A DNA stretch of 64,000 nt. Source: Veleropilina oligotropha (lineage: Eukaryota). The translations under genes and the position numbers were made by a program. Below are positions 53,975 through 64,000 of the stretch, in pieces (positions within the stretch are counted from its first letter, which is position 1; each line of letters opens with the position of its first letter). The DNA lies in assembly GCA_048128005.1 (NCBI GenBank), contig JBEUKZ010000064.1:124001-188000 (forward strand). The letters run 5' to 3'. Below the pieces are notes generated by a model that saw only the letters and a list, made by a program, of their open reading frames with translations, was not told the origin of the DNA and did not search any database.

Positions 53975-54241
53975 GGGGGGAGGAGGAGGAATTATGCTTA
54001 ATGTCCTGTATATTTATAACATCGAGGTTCAAGGCAGGACATGTCCGTGTTATCGCGGGAGGAAACCCCGGTCGCCGGGTAAACCCGCCCTCTTCGGCCA
54101 GTCACGGACAACTGTGCTTCATAACTTGAACAAATGTGTGCTGCCTCAGCCGGGGGTCGATCCCACTACTGTTCGCATCAGCGGAAACAAGCCAGTGAAT
54201 TTAGAGTGGACACTCTACCCACTGCGCTACCGAAGCGGCCT
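53975..54241 (-). mobile_element. tRNA-derived SINE with Meta-like central domain and 13-bp TSD
   Basis: Minus-strand box A TAGCGCAGTGG, box B GGATCGACCC, GGTTTACCCGGCGACCGGGGTTTCCTCCC; TSD AGAGGGATCATGC at 53962-53974 and 54242-54254. Confidence 0.8.
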
Positions 54242-54604
54242 AGAGGGATCATGCCAAATTAAGTTTCCTTATTAAACAATATTGCTTTCATTACCGGTAC
54301 CGATATTATTTACTTTACAAAGTATGACGAAGTCTTAACTCGTCACATACGACTCTATATTTTATGCTGAACATTGACCTTCTTAAATACAGAGCAAAAA
54401 TGTTTCCAGAAATGCTGCTTGTCTGTGAGAAATCTGTCCAAAAAGATCCACACTGTCAGTTTATGAAATTTGACGTGTCCACGACAAGCAGTTACAGAGT
54501 TTCTGCCCTTATTGTTTTTCTTCCATTTTGTAATTAGAACTTATTATCAGAGCAACATAATTAAATGCATTACGAAATTTGGTATTTTCATATTTTGTAT
54601 GTTC

Positions 54605-54817
54605 GATCATCTTGGCTCAGGGAAATGAGCGAAGTCCTCAAGCTCCGATCATCTTGGCTCAGGGAAATGAGCCAAGTCCTCAAGCTCACAACTTGAAATG
54701 AGCGAAGTCCTCAAGCTCACAACTTGAAATGAGCAAAGTCCTCAAGCTCACAACTTGAAATGAGCCAAGTCCTCAAGCTCACAACTTGAAATGAGCCAAG
54801 TCCTCACGCTCACAACC
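54605..54817. repeat. Minisatellite, about 31-bp unit
   Basis: unit gaaatgagccaagtcctcaagctcacaactt. Confidence 0.85.
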
Positions 54818-54861
54818 TGCAAGGCAATCATCTTGAATGCGAAAATGACCAAAATTGTTTG

Positions 54862-55988
54862 GGGTCATGAAATATCATAATTAATACACATATCAACTCA
54901 GATCATAACCAATATGCATATCAACTCAGATCAACTAATATGCATATCAACTCAGATCATAACTAATATGCATATCAACTCGGATCAACTAATATGCATA
55001 TCAACTCAGATCATAACTAATATGCATATCAACTCAGATCATAACTAATATGCATATCAACTCAGATCAACTAATATGCATATCAACTCAGATCATAACT
55101 AATATATGCATATCAACTCAGATCATAACTAATATGCATATCAACTCAGATCATAACCAATATGCATATCAACTCAGATCAACTAATATGCATATCAACT
55201 CAGATCATAACTAATATGCATATCAACTCAGATTATAATTAATACGCATACCGTATCAACTCAGATCATAACTAATATGCATATCACCTCAGATCATAAC
55301 TAATACGCATACCATATCAACTCAGATCATAACTAATACGCATATCAACTCAGATCATAACTAATACGCATATCAACTCAAATCATAACTGTTGACTGTA
55401 GAGCGCATACAAAAAATATCTGCTGGGTCATGAAATATCATAATTAATACACATATCAACTCAGATCATAACCAATATGCATATCAACTCAGATCAACTA
55501 ATATGCATATCAACTCAGATCATAACTAATATGCATATCAACTCGGATCAACTAATATGCATATCAACTCAGATCATAACTAATATGCATATCAACTCAG
55601 ATCATAACTAATATGCATATCAACTCAGATCAACTAATATGCATATCAACTCGGATCATAACTAATATATGCATATCAACTCAGATCATAACTAATATGC
55701 ATATCAACTCAGATCATAACCAATATGCATATCAACTCAGATCAACTAATATGCATATCAACTCAGATCATAACTAATATGCATATCAACTCAGATTATA
55801 ATTAATACGCATACCGTATCAACTCAGATCATAACTAATATGCATATCACCTCAGATCATAACTAATACGCATACCATATCAACTCAGATCATAACTAAT
55901 ACGCATATCAACTCAGATCATAACTAATACGCATATCAACTCAAATCATAACTGTTGACTGTAGAGCGCATACAAAAAATATCTGCTG
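54862..55988. repeat. 26-28-bp minisatellite duplicated as a 563-bp higher-order unit
   Basis: unit catatcaactcagatcataactaatatg; block 54862-55424 repeated at 55425-55988 including unique flanks. Confidence 0.92.
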
Positions 55989-56091
55989 GCGTAGCGGTGG
56001 TGAAACAGAAAAAAAATCATAGTTTATCCAGGTACACTACTTTTAGACACAAATTTCAGTGATAATCGTAATTTCCAAGTTTCATTTCGAT

Positions 56092-56232
56092 CGCTCCAAC
56101 TCGATCACTCCGGTGGTTCAACTCTATCGCTCCAGTGGTTCAATGCTATCACTCCAGTGGTTCAACTCTATCACTCCGGTGGTTCAACTCTATCACTCCG
56201 GTGGTTCCACTCTTATCGCTCCAGTGGTTCAA
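56092..56232. repeat. Short tandem repeat, about 22-bp unit
   Basis: unit ctatcactccRgtggttcaact. Confidence 0.8.
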
Positions 56233-56349
56233 TTCAATTAGTAATTCTGGCAGAGTCCGCCTACCCCACTGGTCGCGTTGACACAATAATGACAATACCC
56301 CATTGGTTCAGGAATCCTCGATGCGGTCTCCATCCTGATAAACACTTAC

Positions 56350-56417
56350 CTGTCATTGGTCATATTTGCCAGGAATTTCCAGTAAGCAGACCTCAAATTT
56401 TGTGGTTCAAAAACAGT
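56350..56417 (-). CDS. TMEM135: TMEM135 penultimate coding exon (TVFEPQNLRSAYWKFLANMTNDR)
   Basis: Minus-strand tttcag acceptor and gtaagt donor; resembles TMEM135 LRPSYWKFLLRLT as I recall it; phase 0/2. Confidence 0.85.
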
Positions 56418-57178
56418 CTGAAATACAAAAGGTGAATATACCATGAAGTATTTATTATAATTTGTTGAGTGACGTCGCGGTAATCACGTTGCATTGAATA
56501 CCGCATGACATTGAACCACGAGGTGCTAGCCGAGTGGTTTAACATTATTAGGTATTCGATGCACCGTGTTTACCAAGAGGTTGTTCGTCAACGCATTTAT
56601 CTTGCTTTATTATGCTAACCTGAAAGAAAAAATGCTGACTTTGCTCATAACACTGATGTTATTTATAATCATGACCGTGATGCATAGGCATTAAAAATGG
56701 CAGACGACTTCAGTAACGCCTACTCAAGGTTGTTCAAATGACGACGTTTTGATTGACAGGTCACAAAGAATATGACGTCAGCCGTGGTATAAATATAGGT
56801 TAGACAATGCTAAAGAGTGTACATGCTGGATATAGACACAGTTTTCAACCGTTGATTAAGTGTGAAATCTGACCATTGTTCGAGTGCGAAGCGATGGAAA
56901 ACTGTGTCTATCTTGTATATTCACGAGTTACATGGTCTAACCGATTTATGCGATACAGTAGAACAAGAATTTATATTAGGTCTTCTTCGAGAAAGAGGAC
57001 GAAGATGATGTAGGATGTTTCTGAATTTAGAGATTCTGACTGTGCGATGTTGGATTAGAATTCCAAGATGATGTTACTTCTCCGAAGAATGTTGTGAAGT
57101 CTACCCACTTTTGAAGGTATGATATTTAAGAGGTTGAAATTCAAATTTGACACCGCCGGTCCATGGACAGGTTAGTGA

Positions 57179-57950
57179 AACAAGAGCCCGTTCGAAAACG
57201 GGTTCATCCCCTGCCTTCCGCAATCGCTCTGATATAAACTTAACCAAAATTTCTATGTCCCAACACATCAAGTTACTTCAATATTTATACAAAATAATAT
57301 TCAATATCATTGCTAGAGTAAAATGTGGTATCATTATAAGCATCACCAAAGAATATATAATTATGCAATAATGGAATAGAATGGAAATTTCTATATCCAC
57401 AAATACTAATTTCACATGTTATTTATATTATAAATCACTTGCAGATTAGGAAGCAGCATCAATATAGTCAACACTAAAGTATATGGATGTAAAACTGTGC
57501 CTAGAACAAACCCATATGAGCCCATTGAAAAATTTAAACAAAACTAACCAAAATTTCTATGTCCACAAACACCTATTTTTATGCCATAATTATATTAAAT
57601 TTAATTCAGCATCACTTCCATAGTATCAATTGACATTCATATTATCAATACCAAAGCATATACACACCAAAATGTTGTTTCAACAACCCATATACACTCG
57701 ATGAAAAACTTTAACCAAAATTTCTATGTTAAAAAACACTTACATTTATGCAATAATTATATTAAATTTGATTCAATCTCACTTCCAGAGTACCAGGTGT
57801 CATCCATATAACGCCTACAAAAGCATATATATGCCAAAAAGTATCATGGGTAAACTATATACGTGTACACTCAATTCGAAACTTTAACCAATTGTTTACG
57901 GACATGGCAACAACAATATCCCCCCGCAACCTTCGTGCGGGGGATAAAAA
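57179..57950. mobile_element. HINE-like element
   Basis: aacaagagcccg start, internal repeats (ttaaccaaaatttctatgtc), terminal hairpin atccccccgca...tgcgggggat followed by an A run. Confidence 0.6.
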
Positions 57951-59983
57951 CTACCGGTCCATGTGGAAATACTGCCGGTCCAAATGTTGTCAAAATATTT
58001 TTTATGTCCAATATTATTTTCGTATTTTGAAGCTAATTTATTAAATTGTCATGTACTTTATAAATAATTTAAATATATTACACCCGTTAACAAAATAAAA
58101 CTGCTGAACAAAATATTGTTTCTTAATTTTATTACTGTTATTACTTAGTCATCACGGTCTGATTCTGATGAGCTGCTTGGAAAGCGTGGACTCATAAAAC
58201 CAAACGCCATAAGACCTGCCAATTTGCAAACACGTTTCGAGGGGAGTTCGCATTAATCTTTTGGATGACTACTTGTATGAAAGTAAGCGCAATAACTAAA
58301 TTAATTTAGCAAAATACACGTTTAAACTGGTTTCATAAATAATATCGTCAAATTAAAGATAACATTATATATATTTATCACATGAAAAACCTTTTATGCA
58401 ACGCCTAAGCCCATTTCATAAATTCAATATGATCACACGTTACATAAGTATGCAAATGATGGCGTGCATCTCCTGTCGCATCTGGCGTGAAATTTATTAG
58501 GTGGCGCATCACCATAATTGACATGAATTACATAATTCATACGCATTGACTAGTCGATTACTGACAAAACACAGATGTTGAACTATTTTTTATTGGCGTA
58601 CTGGTGTGGCGCGTGCTTTCGAAGCGTGATGCGTCTCAGGCATGGCAATTTATGGCTAAAAGTACCGACATAAATTAATTTTAAAACGTAAAGAAATGAG
58701 TTTAAAAACGCAATAAAATAAGTTTAAAGGTAAATAAAGTCATGTGATAAAGAAGATATCAAACTTGTTTCCATTTCATATGAGAATTATGAAACTCCTT
58801 ATAAAATTTATGTACCTCGACAAGGCTCGGTACACCTCGCCAAGGCTCGGTACACCTCGCCAAGGCTCGGTACATAAATTGTGCCTAACTCGTTTCATAA
58901 TTCTCATATGGAATGGACACTCGTTCGATATCCTCTATATACGAACTGCTCATAAACAGTGAGGTGGTGAAACTCTTAAACTATTTCTCTCGCATTCAAG
59001 TCGCTGCTTTCGGTAAGCAAAGCAAAGATCGATGAAGTAAACGTTGCGAGATTTACACACCTGTGAAATTCGCTCTTGTTCATTCGATAAAGAGGCTTAA
59101 CTTTGGTGATGTGATTAAGCGTACGGTACAGCACAAGTTTATTAACACAAACAAACAGATATATATAATATATATATGCGCAACAGTGGCGATTTTGAAT
59201 GAAATAATCCTATTACAGACATGTGCGTCCGGCCATGTATTCATTTACCGTCGGTCACAATGACCTATAGCAAATATATTTTGTCGGTCAATCTCGTATT
59301 GTTGCCGGTCATGACCTGCATTTAATACCTAATTTCGAGGCCTGTATTTGTTACGATTTACTGCTTCTCACAGGGGCGGATGCTGGAAAATGTGGGGTCC
59401 AACTTTTAGAAATTACTATCAACTGTGGACAATTTTGATAATTAACTGTGTGAAAACCCCCTCTCCTGCATTCTTACAGTGCAAAATGCGACATTCCATC
59501 AAATTTGCGATTTGTAAAAATAGTGGGTATCTGGAACCCACCCACCTAAATCCACCCATATTTTCATGTCATCGACTGCGAATTTTCATTTAACTGTGTA
59601 TATATACAATATAAAGTTTTCACGAATTGTATCATCCTTTTGCTTGATATAACATAAAATTATTGCCTTAAATATTCTTAAAATGTACTGTAAATACACA
59701 TATATTAAACTGGTCAAATTTAAAAAAAACTAGTAATATCCTACTTCAAATCAATGTTGTTTTTAACTGGCATTGTTCTCTTCTCTGTATGGTTCATTAC
59801 ACAACAATAGGTGTCAAAGAGGAGATCTGAGCAACGCAGCCGCCTGTTGAAAATTATCACATTTCATTGTCCACGTCTTTGATAATAAACGACGCGTGAA
59901 CAGCAGCGCTTTGTTTTCATATACAACGCTAAAAGTGAATATAAAGGATAGACACAGTTTTATAACAAAAGAATCGCAATGAA

Positions 59984-62900
59984 ATGAGGTTTTTAAGTAA
60001 ACCTAATATTAGTTAAAACATACTTACGTCCTTACTCTTGCCATAATAGTCATATTATCGCCAACCGGAAACAGTGAATAAAGTCACATTTAGGCACTCC
60101 TTTTAAGTCAAACACTACGATTACCTCCCCTGCTCCACCTCTCCTAAGTTCCCCCAGCGAGATCTCGCCAAGTCTCGCGAGACTTCCGAGCCATCGAAGT
60201 CACAAGACCTCAATTCAAAGTTCAGAACCCCAAAGGAACTTAGTAGAGGGGAGGAATGCGAAACGCAGGGTGGGTAATCGTAGTAAGGACGTTAGTATGT
60301 TTTAACTAATATTAGGTTTACTTAAAAACCTCATATGTAGTTACAAACATACTTACGTCCTTACTCTTGCCAGAATAACCTTGGATAGGTGGGTAAGAAG
60401 TTCCTTACAGCAAACCCAAACAAGATAATGACTTACTTTTCACCATGTCAATCCGCATGAAGCGTCGATTGTGGCCGCCCAGAGTGGAATTTACTGAGTA
60501 TTATATTCAACTCTTACCAAGCGAGAATTCGACCAGTGTTACCGGGAGAATACGCCGTGGTTTAGTCGGACGAGGTGAACGGAAGTGCAATCAGCCCCAG
60601 GCACGGCCGGAAGGATGAATCCCTGTAGGTCTTACGTGTCATGGGCCAGTGGCAGCCAAATGGTACTCCTGGCCAAAGGCCGGTAGCCAGAGGATGCAGT
60701 CGGATTTGTAAGCACACGGAACCTAATAGGTTGTGAAAGCGTGAAATCAAAGCAAAGAATTAATAGATTAAATAAATAATCGATATTAATAATTGATTCG
60801 CATGACCAACTTGCGAAACGCTAACATGTAAGACATGTTACTTAAAATAAATTTTAAGGAAGCAAATATTAAAAAAATTTCAATGTATTGAACATCGTAT
60901 GTTCGATAACAGCATAGAACATCAATAATATTGAACCGCAAAAATCCTATAAGATTTACGCAATATAATTGTTTATTAATTCAATGTAATCTGGCTTGTC
61001 AATATACTCAGGTATGACATGAAGTACAAAATCTTAAAATGTTTTTAAGAAATGAACAGACATTGAATCGCCTCATATGTGTCTATTTCATAGAACAGCT
61101 AGGCCAACAAATAACATTGCGTCAGCAAAAATTATGTAAATTGATAAACAAGAAACAATACTCACTGATTAGACGACCTCGGTCTAACAATACATCGTTG
61201 AGCAGTTACTATGTAGACTGCACAATCCATCAGCCGCATGGAATAATCCCACAGAAAAGGCTTAATAAAGACATTTTGAGAAGCAACGCTGAGATGTGAA
61301 TCTGCGAAAACACGGACCTCGTGCGCGCGGATCGATACAATAGTGCGTGCGGCCTACTTTTCACAGCGAGAGTAGTCTCTCACTACCTGTGAAAACCTCC
61401 GCGAAACAGTCGTCTACGTAATGTCGCGGATATAACAAGGTAAATACGAATAAAATATAAGTAGTTTTCCCTGCCGCGTATCACGGATCCTGTCGAGGTA
61501 GTAACGTAGGCACGCATATGACAGGTACATCGGTCCACATCGGGTCTCTGACCAGCGTAAAGCTTGGGGATAACGATATCGGGCGCGTCTTCGTTCGGCC
61601 GTAGATTCTTGGCGAGGAAACCCAAGATATGACGCCGCATCACCGACCCGTCGACTGGAAACGAACGTCTCGTAGCTCTGCGGATAGACTATGAAATACG
61701 GAACAACGCCGGCCCGACGCTAAGGCGATCAGAAAAAACTGTTTTGTGCGTTAAGTTCCTCATAGAGGTCGGGCCCATAGGCTAGTACGGGTAGAAAGAG
61801 AGCGTTAGGAATAAGAGCGATGTTTCAGGCTGGCCGTATCGTACGGGTCGAAATTTTGAGTTCGAAGGATCGCAGAAATCCAAATCGTTCGGTCGCTAGG
61901 TAGGCTAACACGGGCACGGCACTCGCGACCGTTGCCCGATAGCTTTGACGGCGGACACTGACATACCGCGGTCAAAGAGCGACGATAAAAACTCAATAAA
62001 CTTGTTCACAGGGGGGCGGAGTATATTGACCGGCCGGCTGTGACACCAATCCACGTACTTAACCCATCGGTAGTCATAAACTTTAGTCGTGGAAAGCCTT
62101 CTCGATCGATAGATGCGTAGGGCTGTTGCGCGAGAAATTCCTTTCTTAGCAAGGGATCGTTCGATAACCGCCAGGCGTGTAAACGTAAGTCGTTCGGCGA
62201 TGTTGAAATACATGGCTGCGCGCCTGCATTAACCGGCCCGGTCTCTGCGGGAGCGATAACGGTCGGTCGACGATCAGATCGAGGAGGGTCGGAAACCAAG
62301 GTTGCGTGCGATATAGGGGCGCGATTAGCGTTATCTGCAACGTTCGTTCGATGCCTTCTGTAATACCAGTGTTAGAATGCACGACGGGGGGAAGGCATAT
62401 GCGGACAGAATCTCCCATGTCATTGACAGTGCGGCGACCGCTAGGGCGGCCGGGTCCGGGGAGACATACAGAGGTAGTCGGTAATTAAATTCTGTTGCAA
62501 ACAGATCGACTAGGGGTTGTGACCACCGGCGACAAACGTCCCGAGCTACTCGGCTGTGTAGCTCCACTCTGTGTGTATTATCTGTGATTTCCGAGAGAGC
62601 GAGTCCGCTCTGACATTCAGCTTTCCCGGGATGTGTCGGGCTCGAATCGTCGAGATGAGGGACATCACTAGGCGGTGTAGGTCTATTGCTCGGTCGCAAA
62701 GGGGACGCGAGCGAGTGCCGCCCTGGTGCTGGATGTAAGCGAGGACAGTCGTGTTGTCCGTGGCGAGCATTATGTGCTTGTTGCGGAGATGTGACGAGAG
62801 GGACCGTACTGACAGGTAGACGGCTTCTAACTCTAGGAAGTAGATGTGTCGTCCCTGAAGGTCCGTCGGCCATAGGCCTGATGTCTCGTAACTGTCGAGG

Positions 62901-64000
62901 TGACCACCCCAGCCGTCGTTCGAAGCGTCTGTGAACAGGTAAGCGTTCGGCTCTGGCGGGGATATAGGAACCGACTGGTCCGGCAAAGCAGGGTTCAACC
63001 ACACTGCTGTCGTGCTGGTAAACCAATGCCGAAGATCGATGCGATCCGTCCACTGCCCCGTCCGTTGTATCCAGCGATCCCTGAACGCCTGTTGTAACGG
63101 TCGATTGTCCATGTGACCCGTCGGTAGCAGGGTCGCTGCCGACTCGAAGTGCCCCAGGACAGTGGCCAGTTGTCGCGCTGTAGTTATGTCCGATGACAGG
63201 GTGTCTTGGATAACCGCGCGTAGGTTCCGCATACGTTTCTGGGTCGGTTTCGCGGTGTACCGGACCGTATCGAAGTCGACCCCGAGAAACGTAAACGTCG
63301 TCGAGGGCACGAAGCCGGATTTTGTCTAGTTGATCTGAAATCCCAGGCGCTTCGTTGATGACAGGGTAAAGCTCGTAGACCGGAGGCACAGATCTCGGGA
63401 CGCCCCGAGGATCAGCCAGTCGTCGAGGTATATATGTACCCTGAGCCCTAGAGAGTGTAGGAAGGCTCCGAGGGCCTGTACTGTTCTCGTGAAGACGTAC
63501 GGGGCTGACGATAGACCGAACGGTAGGCACCTGAATGGTAGATCGTCTCCCCGTGTATAAACCGAAGGTACTGATGAGCCGTGATATGCATCGGGACATG
63601 CAGATACGCGTCGGTCAGATCGATAGACGCTGCCCAGTCGCCCGGATGGATGGCCGCTCGTATCTTCGAGAGGGTTTCCTGCTGGAATTTCTCGGTACGA
63701 AGATATTAGTTGAGATACGAGAGATCGAAGATCGGTCGCTAGCGGCCATCGGGATTCGGGACCAGGAAGAAATGGCTGTATTATCCTAGTGTGCTGGGCG
63801 GCGCGGGATATATTGCTCCTTGAGGAGTAGGTCCCGCACTGACTGGTCTAAGACCGCTCGCTTCTCTCCGTTTAGGAGGCGAGCGTGTCTTGGTGGTGGT
63901 GCCTCGTTTAGGGTCGGATGCCGGTTGAACCAACTTGTATCCGGCGCTCACGACGGAGGGACCCAGCTACTGTCTGGTAGTCTAGCCACGGCTGGCTGTA
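59984..64000 (-). mobile_element. Second, diverged and decayed DIRS1-type element (3' part; continues beyond the window), probably in a TMEM135 intron
   Basis: Right end 59984-60036 is complementary to its own ICR (60282-60372); ITR-like sequence related to copy 1; RT/RH/MT/YR peptides homologous to copy 1 with stops and frameshifts. Confidence 0.93.
61170..64000 (-). pseudogene. Disrupted RT-RH-MT and YR coding regions of DIRS copy 2
   Basis: ORF fragments 62546-63310 (RT/RH), 61905-62213 and 61383-61643 (YR); TAG in the RT frame near 63326; several indels. Confidence 0.88.

Overview
Eukaryotic, AT-rich and repeat-rich genomic DNA from an invertebrate animal (a lophotrochozoan is my guess from the SINE and Helentron-type repeats). 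The window holds the 3' part of an androglobin (ADGB) gene on the + strand. I rebuilt 27 phase-consistent exons from 1574 to 45495, then two alternative last exons (45909-46046, 47621-47821). The gene includes the circularly permuted globin split by an IQ motif and a U12-type intron. The last two coding exons of a convergent TMEM135 gene lie on the - strand (53692-56417). The introns carry several mobile elements: (i) a near-intact 7.8-kb DIRS1-type tyrosine-recombinase retrotransposon with ITRs and ICR (22513-30338); (ii) a diverged, decayed DIRS relative running off the right end (from 59984); (iii) a young, internally deleted LTR element retaining a tRNA-His PBS and an F-type env fragment, with two Helitrons nested in it (39493-43944); (iv) a LINE fragment, SINEs, MITEs, Helentron-type elements and many minisatellites. 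The most interesting signals are DIRS recoding (Gag-UAG-YR in one frame overlapping RT for about 2 kb), a conserved structured non-coding block upstream of the DIRS ICR, the env-only LTR element, and the ADGB duplicated terminal exons, U12 intron and Asn at the distal E7 position. Comparisons to human proteins are from memory, not from a search.
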